From contig JBBRBB010000008.1 in assembly GCA_038206235.1 (NCBI GenBank), positions 36,304-100,303 of the forward strand: 64,000 nucleotides of DNA, written 5' to 3'. Origin of the DNA: Chitinophagales bacterium. GTDB taxonomy: Bacteria > Bacteroidota > Bacteroidia > Chitinophagales > Chitinophagaceae. Each line of letters begins with the position of its first letter. Position 1 is the stretch's first letter. Below the pieces are notes generated by a model. It did not search any database. It was given only the letters and a program-made list of their open reading frames with translations, and was not told where the DNA came from. Below are positions 28,489-37,657 of this stretch, one piece after another. Both the position numbers and the translations under genes were made by a program.

Positions 28489-29898
28489 ATGAAAACAAGT
28501 TTATGGTCTATGGATGCAAAATATTTTTTGCATTTACTTTTGTTTATTTCTATGAACGCATCTCTTACAAGCTGCAAAAAAGACTTATATGAGAAAAAAG
28601 ATTCCGTTGCTAAAAATAATCTTTCTGGATCTTTTAAAAAAAACCGCCCTGCCGCATCTCAGCCTAACGTGATTCTTATTTTAATAGATGATATGGGATA
28701 TGAAGTACCTTCTTATTCCGGCGGGCAATCTTATGAAACCCCCAGTTTAGATTTTATGGCATACAATGGCATGCAGTTTTCTCAATGTTATTGCCACCCT
28801 GATGGTTTTCCTTCACGCCTGGCAATGTATACGGGGAAATATAATTTCAGAAATTATGTTCATTGGGCTGTATTGCCTGATGGTTCAAAAACAATTGGAA
28901 ACCTGATGCAAGATGCAGGATATGCTACCTGTTTTCTTGGGAAATGGCAATGCGGCGGCGGCGATGCAAAAATAATCAGCTCCGGTTACAGCAAGTACAG
29001 AGCCTTTGATGTTATTGGTGATGACCAAAGAGTGGGGCGATATAAAAATCCAGTAATTTATGAAAATGGACAATACCTGCCTGATAGCTTGACCAATGGC
29101 CGATATTCAGAAGATATGTTTTTTGACTATTTTAGTAATTTTGTTGACAGTAACATTACGAATCCTTTTTTTGTTGTTTACGCAAGTAACCTCGTTGCTC
29201 AGCCCTTTGTTCCCTCGCCTGATGACCCGGACTACGCAACATGGGACCCTGCTTTTGACCAGGACAATCAAGATATTAAATATTTTCCGGGCATGGTAAA
29301 ATATGTGGACAAAAAAATAGGTCAAATAATTCAAAAAGTAAGCGATGCTGGTTTAGCAGAAAATACTTTAATAATGTTTACGGCTGATAATGCAACGCGT
29401 TCAACAATTACCTCTGATTTTAAAGGTTACACTATTTCCGGGCAAAAAACAGAGACTACAAGACCGGGAACTAATATTTCCTTTGCTGCTTATTGGCCAG
29501 GCACCATACTGCCCGGTCAAATAAACAATACTGACTTGATTGATTTTACTGACTTTCTTCCTACTCTTGCAGACTTAGCCGGCACAACTATTACGTCTGA
29601 CTATGGCATCACCGATGGTGTTAGCTTTAACGATAATCTGTTAGGAATTCCCGGCGTAAACAGGGATTGGGTATTCTGTCATTGGGACAACAACCTAAAC
29701 GACTATAATTTAGTACCACCTCAGCGATTTGTAAATAACAAGTTTTACAAATTATATGGCGGTAGTAACTATAAAAGGTTTTTTAATATACAAAAAGACA
29801 TTTTTGAAAAAAAGCCACTTCCTGATAGCGCACTTACTCCCTATGAACAGAGGGTGAAGTTATCATTTGAGCAGGTACTTCAGACGGAGCACAATTAA
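28489..29898 (+). CDS. Sulfatase-family (alkaline-phosphatase superfamily) lipoprotein lacking the Cys/Ser formylglycine position
   Basis: PNVILILIDDMGY is a sulfatase N-terminus. The expected C/S-x-P-x-R....TG reads G-F-P-S-R-LAMY-TG. Confidence 0.8.
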   Translation: MKTSLWSMDAKYFLHLLLFISMNASLTSCKKDLYEKKDSVAKNNLSGSFKKNRPAASQPNVILILIDDMGYEVPSYSGGQSYETPSLDFMAYNGMQFSQCYCHPDGFPSRLAMYTGKYNFRNYVHWAVLPDGSKTIGNLMQDAGYATCFLGKWQCGGGDAKIISSGYSKYRAFDVIGDDQRVGRYKNPVIYENGQYLPDSLTNGRYSEDMFFDYFSNFVDSNITNPFFVVYASNLVAQPFVPSPDDPDYATWDPAFDQDNQDIKYFPGMVKYVDKKIGQIIQKVSDAGLAENTLIMFTADNATRSTITSDFKGYTISGQKTETTRPGTNISFAAYWPGTILPGQINNTDLIDFTDFLPTLADLAGTTITSDYGITDGVSFNDNLLGIPGVNRDWVFCHWDNNLNDYNLVPPQRFVNNKFYKLYGGSNYKRFFNIQKDIFEKKPLPDSALTPYEQRVKLSFEQVLQTEHN

Positions 29899-29951
29899 TT
29901 TTTTTTTTGGATGTATCAGCAAAAGTTTCACGATTACTTATCATACTTTAC

Positions 29952-29987
29952 AAGGCTTACTTTTAAAAAAGTGAGCCTTTGTTTTTT
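29952..29987 (+). terminator. Rho-independent terminator
   Basis: aaggcttac-ttttaaaaaa-gtgagcctt followed by tgtttttt. Confidence 0.65.
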
Positions 29988-30167
29988 CGAAGCTTTCGAA
30001 ATGAATATAAAAGTTTATCAATTCATCAATTTACTAAATAAAATTTTTTAAAAACAGGCGTACAATTACTTTGCTGTTGTGTAAAGTTTACACATATTTG
30101 CACTGGCTTAATTATAAAATTTAAAGAACCTTCTTTTTCTTCACAAAAATTATAAATCGTTTGCGCT

Positions 30168-33100
30168 ATGAAAAAATTTTCCCCTTTCACTTTTTTGCTG
30201 CTGTTATCTGCTTCTCTTAATGCACAGTTACTTTCGTGGACGCCTGATTTTATACAGGAAAGTTCTACACCTGTTGATATAACGATGGATGCCACTTTTG
30301 GCAACAACGGATTATTAAATTATACACCTACATCAGACGTGTATGTGCATATAGGAGTAATTACTAATAAAAGCATTTCAACTACTGACTGGAAGCATTC
30401 AAAATTTACATGGGGTACCACAGACCCGCTGGCACAATGCGTGTATCTTGGAAATAATAAATGGAAATATACCATTACCGGGGGATTAAGAACTTACTTC
30501 AATGTAACTGATGTAACTGAAACGATTCAAAAAATTGCTATTCTTTTCAGAAATGGTGCAGGCACTTCAGTGCAGCGTAATAAGAATTATAGCGATATGT
30601 ATGTTCCGGTTTACGATAATGGTTTATACGCAAGAATTGATGTGCCTCTTATTCAGCCATTATACGATCCTCTCCCAGAACCTATTAATAAAAAAGTGGG
30701 AGATGCACTTACCGTTACTGCAAAAGCAAGCCAAAGCAGCACCATGAAAATTTATCTTAATGGCGTTGTCGTTGGCTCAGGCAGCGGAACTTCATTAACG
30801 GCCACCCCAACAATTACAACCGCAGGTAATGAGCAAATAATTGCGGAAGCTACGAACGGCACTACCAGCAGAGACACTATTAGTTTCGGTGTGAGCAAGG
30901 TGCAGGATTTGCCCCCTGGCACAAATGACGGAATAAATTATGAAGCCGGTGATACTTCTGCCACGCTTGTTTTATATGCTCCCGGCAAAAGCAATGTTTA
31001 TGTAGTAGGCGATTTCAATAACTGGACTTCATCTGCAAATTACCTTATGAATATTACAAGTGACAGCAAACGTTTCTGGACACGCCTTACACATCTTACT
31101 TCAGGCACCGAATATGCTTATCAATTTTTAATTGATGGCAGCTTGAAAGTTGCTGACTTCAACACAGAAAAAATTCTCGATCCTGATAATGACCCATATA
31201 TTCTGCCAAGTACTTATCCTAACTTAAAGCCATATCCAACGGGCAAAACCACCGGAATAGTAAGTGTTCTTCAAACAGCAAAACCAACGTACACATGGCA
31301 GGTAAATAATTTTGCAAAACCAGATAAAAGAAATCTGCTTATATATGAATTATTGGTAAGAGATTTTGTAGCAAATCATGATTGGCAAACGCTGAAAGAT
31401 ACGCTGAGCTATCTCAAACGTCTTGGTATAAATGCAATTGAAGTAATGCCTTTTAACGAGTTCGACGGGAATATTAGCTGGGGCTATGGTCCTGATTTTT
31501 ATTTTGCTCCTGATAAATATTACGGAACAGAAACGGCTCTGAAACAATTTATTGATGAATGCCATAAAAAAGGAATGGCAGTTATTATGGATATGGCAAT
31601 GAATGGTTCCCTATACACATCGCCGATGGTGCAAATGTATTGGGATGCCGCCAATAACAGGCCTGCACCTGATAATCCCTGGTACAATACAGTACCTAAA
31701 CATGCTTTTAATGTAGGGTACGATTTTAATCATGAAAGTACAGCCACAAATGATTTGGTGAATCGTGTTATCAATCACTGGCTGGTAGATTTTAAGATTG
31801 ATGGTTTTCGATGGGACTTATCAAAAGGCTACACTCAAAAACAAACCTGTGATAACAATGGAGAAAATTGTGACGTTGCCGCATGGAGTGCTTACGATGC
31901 AAGCCGCATTGCTATCTGGAAAAAATATTATGGTTATATGAAGGCTGCATCGCCAAACAGTTATTGCATCTTAGAACATCTTAGCGATAATACTGAAGAA
32001 AAAGAATTGTCTGATAACGGGATGATGCCCTGGGGCAATCTTAATTACAGTTACAACCAGGCAACAAAAGGTGTTAACACCGGTTCTGATTTTAGCTGGG
32101 GAATTTACACAGCCCGCGGATGGAGTAATCCCTATCTTGTTACTTACCAGGAAAGCCATGATGAAGAAAGATTGATGTATAGAAATATAACAGAAGGCAA
32201 CAGCATTTTAGGATATAATGTAAAGGATACTGCAATTGGTTTAAAACGTAATGGTATGGCTACTGCATTCTGGAGCATGCAGCCCGGCCCAAAAATGATG
32301 TGGCAGTTTGGGGAATTAGGATATGATTATACAATTAACCGATGCGAAGACGGCAGCATTAGCACAAATTGCAGAACATCTCCAAAGCCTATCCGCTGGG
32401 ATTATTACAGCAACACCAACCGCAAAGCATTATATGATGTGTACGCAGGTTTATTCAAGCTGCGCAACACACCTAATTATATTTCTACATTTACAACAGG
32501 TACTATTACCTATAATTTATCAAGCGCTGTTAAATGGCAAAATCTTGTTGACGATTCTCTGAAGATAGTTGTTTTTGGAAATTTTGATGTAGCAGTACAA
32601 ACGGCTAATGTTACTTTTCCATCTACAGGAATATGGTACAGTTACTTTACTGATTCTGTAAAAAATGTTGCTTCAACTAATCTGTTTATTACGCTGAAGC
32701 CCGGAGAATATTATGTGTTTACGAATAAAAATGTGCGCCAGTCTGTTTTGCTGCCGGTAAGCTGGCTAAGCTTTACAGCACAAAAAGCAACGAACAATTC
32801 AGTGCAATTAAACTGGAGCACTGCTAATGAAATAAACAATAATCATTTTGAAGTGCAGCGCAGTGTAAACGGAATAAGCTTTACAACAATTACAAGTATT
32901 GCTGCTGCAAATAATGGAAATAATGTACAGCGTTATCAGTACACAGATATCTTACCATTGAAAGGCATCAATTATTATCGCATAAAGCAGGTTGATAATG
33001 ATGGTCGTTATTCTTACTCAGCCGTTGAAAAAATAAATATGGATGCTGTTGCAAAACTGTTGAAGCTATATCCTAATCCGGCTGTAAACGAAACCGCGAT

Positions 33101-33299
33101 TTATACGCTGGCAGAATTAAACCAATTCGTTTATACTATAACAGACCTTTCAGGAAAACTGTTATATCACAGTAATACAACAAACGTTTCTGCAAATCAG
33201 CGAATAGAAATTCCGGTACAAAATCTTACCAAAGGTGTGTACATGCTAAAGATAAATTCTGATAAAGGCGCTGATGTTGAAAAGCTGATTATTGAATAA
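30168..33299 (+). CDS. GH13 alpha-amylase-family enzyme with N-terminal E-set/CBM48-like domain and T9SS CTD
   Basis: GH13 regions AVIMDMAMNG, DGFRWDLSKGY, ILEHL and YQESHDE. LVLYAPGKSNVYVVGDFNNWT is CBM48-like. The C-terminus is YPNPA...GVYMLKI...KLIIE. Confidence 0.9.
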   Translation: MKKFSPFTFLLLLSASLNAQLLSWTPDFIQESSTPVDITMDATFGNNGLLNYTPTSDVYVHIGVITNKSISTTDWKHSKFTWGTTDPLAQCVYLGNNKWKYTITGGLRTYFNVTDVTETIQKIAILFRNGAGTSVQRNKNYSDMYVPVYDNGLYARIDVPLIQPLYDPLPEPINKKVGDALTVTAKASQSSTMKIYLNGVVVGSGSGTSLTATPTITTAGNEQIIAEATNGTTSRDTISFGVSKVQDLPPGTNDGINYEAGDTSATLVLYAPGKSNVYVVGDFNNWTSSANYLMNITSDSKRFWTRLTHLTSGTEYAYQFLIDGSLKVADFNTEKILDPDNDPYILPSTYPNLKPYPTGKTTGIVSVLQTAKPTYTWQVNNFAKPDKRNLLIYELLVRDFVANHDWQTLKDTLSYLKRLGINAIEVMPFNEFDGNISWGYGPDFYFAPDKYYGTETALKQFIDECHKKGMAVIMDMAMNGSLYTSPMVQMYWDAANNRPAPDNPWYNTVPKHAFNVGYDFNHESTATNDLVNRVINHWLVDFKIDGFRWDLSKGYTQKQTCDNNGENCDVAAWSAYDASRIAIWKKYYGYMKAASPNSYCILEHLSDNTEEKELSDNGMMPWGNLNYSYNQATKGVNTGSDFSWGIYTARGWSNPYLVTYQESHDEERLMYRNITEGNSILGYNVKDTAIGLKRNGMATAFWSMQPGPKMMWQFGELGYDYTINRCEDGSISTNCRTSPKPIRWDYYSNTNRKALYDVYAGLFKLRNTPNYISTFTTGTITYNLSSAVKWQNLVDDSLKIVVFGNFDVAVQTANVTFPSTGIWYSYFTDSVKNVASTNLFITLKPGEYYVFTNKNVRQSVLLPVSWLSFTAQKATNNSVQLNWSTANEINNNHFEVQRSVNGISFTTITSIAAANNGNNVQRYQYTDILPLKGINYYRIKQVDNDGRYSYSAVEKINMDAVAKLLKLYPNPAVNETAIYTLAELNQFVYTITDLSGKLLYHSNTTNVSANQRIEIPVQNLTKGVYMLKINSDKGADVEKLIIE

Positions 33300-33324
33300 A
33301 AATTATTATCACAATACAATAAAA

Positions 33325-33361
33325 AACCATCCCGAATGTTTGGGATGGTTTTTTGTTTTTT
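33325..33361 (+). terminator. Rho-independent terminator
   Basis: aaccatccc-gaatgttt-gggatggtt followed by ttttgtttttt. Confidence 0.8.
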
Positions 33362-33394
33362 ACAGCAGGCAAGCGAAAAGCCCGCCTGTCAATA

Positions 33395-33419
33395 GTCAGA
33401 CGGCTCTGAGCCGTTTGAC
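33395..33419. repeat. REP-like palindrome, type 1
   Basis: gtcagacggc-tctga-gccgtttgac. Confidence 0.65.
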
Positions 33420-33437
33420 CGACGACCTTCACTTGTA

Positions 33438-33956
33438 TCATAAATATTTTTTCATCAGCCAGTCTGTTTGTACATCATTACCCAAAATAAATTCATGCTC
33501 GCCGAATTTTTCAAAACCCCAGCGGGTATAAAAACCAATGGCTCTTTGATTTTTTTCCCATACTCCTAACCAAATAATTTCTTTATTCATCTCTAAAGCA
33601 ACATCAATACATTTTTGCATTAAAGCGCAGCCAATGCCTTTGCCGATTGCATTTTGCACTGCATAAATTCTTGCAATTTCAATGGCTTCTGCAGTATTCA
33701 ATTCTTTTGGAATTTCTGATTCCCTCATCCGCACATAACCCGCAGCATCATCGTCGCACAATGCTAACAGAAAAATATTTCCCTGTGCTCCAACTTCTGC
33801 AACAAGATTTTCCTGAGTAAAAATTTCATTCATGAATTTATCCATATTCTCTTTTGTATTATCTGCAGCAAAGGAGTCGTAAAAAGTTTTACGGCTTAAT
33901 TCTGCTATTAAGTTTGCATCTTCTAAAGTTGCATAACGAACGGTAATTGTTTCCAT
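33438..33956 (-). CDS. GNAT-family N-acetyltransferase
   Basis: An acetyl-CoA-binding motif of the Q/RxxGxG/A type (NAIGKGIGCALM). Length 172 aa. Confidence 0.85.
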   Translation of the reverse strand: METITVRYATLEDANLIAELSRKTFYDSFAADNTKENMDKFMNEIFTQENLVAEVGAQGNIFLLALCDDDAAGYVRMRESEIPKELNTAEAIEIARIYAVQNAIGKGIGCALMQKCIDVALEMNKEIIWLGVWEKNQRAIGFYTRWGFEKFGEHEFILGNDVQTDWLMKKYL

Positions 33957-33976
33957 TTATAGGCGCCAGTTTGATA

Positions 33977-34009
33977 AAACCTCACAGGTCTTAAAGACCT
34001 GTGAGGTTT
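33977..34009. repeat. REP-like palindrome, type 2
   Basis: aaacctcacaggtc-ttaaa-gacctgtgaggttt is a perfect palindrome. A second locus lies at 59048. Confidence 0.75.
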
Positions 34010-34021
34010 CCATGCGGGGTT

Positions 34022-34690
34022 TTACATTCTTTCTTTTTGTATTAGTTGTACTAATTGCTCCGGAGTAATTTCTGTATAGTCGTTAATGATGAGGTCTGCT
34101 TCCTGTACATCTTCTGCAGCATGCGTAGTGGTTAAGGCAACAACCTTCATTCCCGCAGCTTTTGCGCTTCGTATGCCTGCAACAGAATCTTCAAAAGCAA
34201 TGCATTTTTTTGGATTTACAAGTAGTGCTTCTGCAGCTTTCAAAAATATTTCGGGATGAGGTTTTCCTGTTGTGATGTTTGATGCATTAATAATGGCCCG
34301 GAAATATTTTTTTATATCAATATTTTCAAACATGAAATCAATATTCGGCGGCAGACCTGATGTGGCAACTGCCATAGGGTAACACTCTTTATGCAACTGC
34401 TCTAAGAAATTAATTAGACCACCAACAGGCCTTATATGTGATGCGTACAATTGCCTGTACAACGATTCTTTTTCATTATCATACACACTTATTTCATCAT
34501 CACTCAACTCCTTATTTAGAACATACGGAAAGATAGCTTTGCTTATTCTGCCATTGATTTTATTCTTGTATTCATCAACTGAAAATTGTAATCCCATTTT
34601 TTTATAAAATGCTTTCCATGCTTCAATGTGGTAAGCATTGTTATCAATCAGAGTTCCATCCAAATCAAAAATAATTCCCTGGGGTTTCAT
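34022..34690 (-). CDS. HAD-superfamily hydrolase (beta-phosphoglucomutase-like subfamily IA)
   Basis: Motif I is IIFDLDGTLIDN. Motifs II-IV (ATSG, KPHPE, FEDSVAG) are also present. Confidence 0.85.
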   Translation of the reverse strand: MKPQGIIFDLDGTLIDNNAYHIEAWKAFYKKMGLQFSVDEYKNKINGRISKAIFPYVLNKELSDDEISVYDNEKESLYRQLYASHIRPVGGLINFLEQLHKECYPMAVATSGLPPNIDFMFENIDIKKYFRAIINASNITTGKPHPEIFLKAAEALLVNPKKCIAFEDSVAGIRSAKAAGMKVVALTTTHAAEDVQEADLIINDYTEITPEQLVQLIQKERM

Positions 34691-35220
34691 GGATTAGTTT
34701 TTTTCATTTGCTGATTAAATTCATTGCTTTTTTTCTTTGCGATGCTTAGTGTGTGCCAGTTTGCATCTTTTATAATTTTCCCAACAAAAATGATTTGACC
34801 CACATGATACGCATAATGCGCAATCTGCCTTATGATGGCATCACAAACAGTTAAGGGGTCATTCCTGATAGAAATAGTTTTCATCAAATCTGCCGGCTCC
34901 AATTGTTCGAGAGCGGTGAAAACACAGTGCCAGCCTGCTTCCCACAAACTTAATAATTCACTTTTATTTGTTGCCGATGGTTCAAACTCTGCATCTCTTT
35001 GCCGCCAGGGTTTTTCACCATCTTCGGTAAGAAAGTTTGTCCAGCGGCTCATCATATTGCCATGTAAATGTTGAATGATGATTGCAATGCTGTTGCTTTC
35101 AGATGATGGCTGATAAAAAAAATCTTTTTCATCTAACTGCGCAAATGTTTTATCTGCCAAAGCTTTATCAGCATGAAAGCGTTTGATGGAGTCTTTTAAA
35201 AATGTTTCTTCTGATTGCAT
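34687..35220 (-). CDS. DinB/DUF1572-like four-helix-bundle protein
   Basis: The His triad spacing (IIQHLHGN...HYAYHVGQI) is typical of the DinB superfamily. Confidence 0.7.
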   Translation of the reverse strand: MQSEETFLKDSIKRFHADKALADKTFAQLDEKDFFYQPSSESNSIAIIIQHLHGNMMSRWTNFLTEDGEKPWRQRDAEFEPSATNKSELLSLWEAGWHCVFTALEQLEPADLMKTISIRNDPLTVCDAIIRQIAHYAYHVGQIIFVGKIIKDANWHTLSIAKKKSNEFNQQMKKTNP

Positions 35221-35225
35221 AAGAT

Positions 35226-35273
35226 AGTCATTAAGTCATTAAGTCAATGAGTCAATAAAGTCATTAGTGATAA
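35226..35273. repeat. Octamer tandem array (AGTCATTA; reverse complement TAATGACT), 6 units, 5 nt upstream of the DinB-like start
   Basis: agtcatta agtcatta agtcaatg agtcaata (a)agtcatt agtgataa. Confidence 0.8.
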
Positions 35274-35358
35274 AATTATCAAGCATTAGCAAAAAAATAA
35301 AATTTCCCATTTACTCAAGCTGATTTCAAGTCCCCCGAAGGGGGATTTAGGGGGCTTG

Positions 35359-37074
35359 TCAATATCCCGCCGCACTATCATCTCCGCGTGGATCAGCCGC
35401 CGCTTCACGTTTTCCATCATTCAAAATTTTTATCAGCTCTACTCTTCCTATTTGTTTCTCCTCTTTTAATGTATAACCCATTTGTTCTAATTTCATTTGT
35501 GTGCCTGCGGAGAATCCGCTTTCAATCAGCACTTCATCCGGCAGCCATTGATGATGAAATTTTGGATTATTCACCGCATCACCTGCATTCATATTAAAAT
35601 CAATCACGTTTACGATAGTTTGAAAAACAGATGTTGGAATGGCTGTACCGCCGGGAGTACCCACAACCATAAACGGCTGATGATTTTTCAGCACCAGTGT
35701 TGGCGTCATAGAGCTAAGCATTCTTTTTCCGGGTGCAATAGAATTCGCTTCGCCGCCAATGGCTCCATACATATTGGGCACACCGGGTTTTATGCTGAAA
35801 TCATCCATCTCATCATTCAATAAAAATCCTGCGCCGCCAACAACTGTTGCACTGCCAAAGCTGTTATTTAATGTGGTTGTTACGGCAACCATATTTCCTT
35901 CAGCATCTATAATGCTGATGTGTGTTGTTTCATTACTTTCATGAATTACACCTGCTTTTATACCGGCGCTTGCAGAGGCATGTGTGCTGTCGTAATCTTT
36001 CATTCGCTTTGCGAGGTATGTATTACTTATTAATGTGTCAACAGGCACATGATAATAGTCCGGGTCGCCCATGTGTACAGCCCTGTCTGCAAAAGCTCTG
36101 CGCTCTGCTTCTATCATTAGCTGCACACTTTTCGCAGTTTGAAAACCGTAATCAAACAATGGATATTTTTCAATCATCTTCAGCATTTGAGCAAGCAAAA
36201 TTCCGCCACTGCTTGGCGGCGGAAAACTTATTACATGATAATACCTGTAATTAAACTCAATGGGTTTTCTTTCTTTCACCACATAATTTTTTAAATCATC
36301 ATAGCTTATTAATCCATTGCCCCTTTGCATTTCTTCAACAATCAGCTTTGCAGTTTCACCTTCATAAAAACCTTTCAGGCCGCTGTCTCTTATGCGTTTT
36401 AAAGTATTAGCAAGTTCCTTTTGTATTAATGTATCGCCAACTCTCCACAATTCTTTTTTTACGAAGACAACCGGTCTGGTATTGTATTTAATAAAGTTTG
36501 CCCGTTCGCTGTTTAAACTGTAAGCTCCTCTTGATGTTAGCACAAAGCCTTTTTCAGCAAGGTCAATAGCGGGCTGTATCAATTCTTTGAATGGAAGCTT
36601 TGCACATTTATAGGTGGCAAATAAACCGGCAACAGTTCCGGGCACACCTGAAGACAAATGACCACTCTGCGACAATTGAGTTTGCGCATTTCCGTTTGCA
36701 TCAATATACATATCTCTAAAAGCCTTGCCGGCAGCCATTTCGCGGTAGTCAAGCGCAATAAGACTATCATTATTTTTTCTTGCAAGTAAAAATCCGCCGC
36801 CGCCTAAATTGCCTGCGGCTGGATAAACAACTGCAAGCGCTAATTGTGTTGCAATCATGGCATCAAAAGCATTGCCGCCATTTTTCATTATTGCAATGCC
36901 AACTTCACTTGCCAGCGGATATGCACTCACTACACAACCCTTATTATAGGTTGCAGATTTTGTTGAAGTGAAATGATAAGGGTCAACAATTCTTCCGGCA
37001 CCAACAATTTTTTTTGAAGGTTTGCAACCGGCAAAGCCAAATAATAAAAATAATAGTGCAAAAAATATTTTCAT
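35359..37074 (-). CDS. ggt: Gamma-glutamyltransferase
   Basis: Autoprocessing/catalytic Thr context NETTHISIID, GGF and TPGG motifs, and a signal peptide. Confidence 0.93.
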   Translation of the reverse strand: MKIFFALLFLLFGFAGCKPSKKIVGAGRIVDPYHFTSTKSATYNKGCVVSAYPLASEVGIAIMKNGGNAFDAMIATQLALAVVYPAAGNLGGGGFLLARKNNDSLIALDYREMAAGKAFRDMYIDANGNAQTQLSQSGHLSSGVPGTVAGLFATYKCAKLPFKELIQPAIDLAEKGFVLTSRGAYSLNSERANFIKYNTRPVVFVKKELWRVGDTLIQKELANTLKRIRDSGLKGFYEGETAKLIVEEMQRGNGLISYDDLKNYVVKERKPIEFNYRYYHVISFPPPSSGGILLAQMLKMIEKYPLFDYGFQTAKSVQLMIEAERRAFADRAVHMGDPDYYHVPVDTLISNTYLAKRMKDYDSTHASASAGIKAGVIHESNETTHISIIDAEGNMVAVTTTLNNSFGSATVVGGAGFLLNDEMDDFSIKPGVPNMYGAIGGEANSIAPGKRMLSSMTPTLVLKNHQPFMVVGTPGGTAIPTSVFQTIVNVIDFNMNAGDAVNNPKFHHQWLPDEVLIESGFSAGTQMKLEQMGYTLKEEKQIGRVELIKILNDGKREAAADPRGDDSAAGY

Positions 37075-37140
37075 AGTTTCAAATTTATGTGTTAGAGTTG
37101 AAAGAATCTGTTAGATATTTGAATTAAAGAAAAAAAATTA

Positions 37141-37253
37141 TCACATAGGCACATAAGACACCCGCCCTTACCGAATGGTGTGTTCGGGCGGGCATAGAAA
37201 AAAAGATATAAAAGGCTATATGAAATCTATGTTATCTGTGTGTCTATGTGTCA
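37141..37253. repeat. Short hairpin-rich inverted-repeat element
   Basis: The ends cacataggcaca and tgtgtctatgtg are inverted. They enclose the GC hairpin cccgccc...gggcggg. Confidence 0.45.
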
Positions 37254-37316
37254 TCTTTGCTGAATAAAGAACTGAACCTGCCTGCGGCAGGCCGGCGTAA
37301 AAGAGTCCCGTTGCCG

Positions 37317-37595
37317 GCGCATAGGCGTCAAGCTAAAGTTTGAAAAAATATAATGAAACTAAAGCTGGATAAAGGTTACAGCCATTATGTAATTCGTGTG
37401 CCGTAGGCACAAAATATTGGTAGAAATAAATATCAGTAAGTGAAGGGCGTGCCGTAGGTACCCAATCTTAGTAATTGTTTGAGACTATTGCGTACCTACG
37501 GCACGAAGGGAATCAGGCAAATTTTTTTTACCAATATTAAGTCCCTACAGGACTTCCGGGACATCAAAATAAAAATTAACTTGACGCCTATGCGC
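37317..37595. repeat. ~280-bp imperfect palindromic (MITE-like) element A upstream of the M14 gene
   Basis: Termini gcgcataggcgtcaagctaa and ttaacttgacgcctatgcgc are inverted. Internal hairpins are gtgccgtaggcac, cgtgccgtaggtac...gtacctacggcacg (37448-37505) and gtccctacaggac. Confidence 0.6.
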
Positions 37596-37657
37596 TGCTG
37601 GCGGGAAGCGCAATTTAATCTATGCGGTAAAGCCCGGCTCCAAAAAAAATAATCATA

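Noticed and set aside
37081-37657. I considered whether the highly structured ggt/M14 spacer encodes RNase P RNA, tmRNA, 6S or SRP RNA.
   Set aside because: I found none of the conserved signatures I know, such as the GAGGAAAGUCC-type P4 region, a tmRNA tag ORF with a tRNA-like end, or the SRP GNAR/AGCA motifs. The region is instead built from inverted repeats that have a second copy after the gene.
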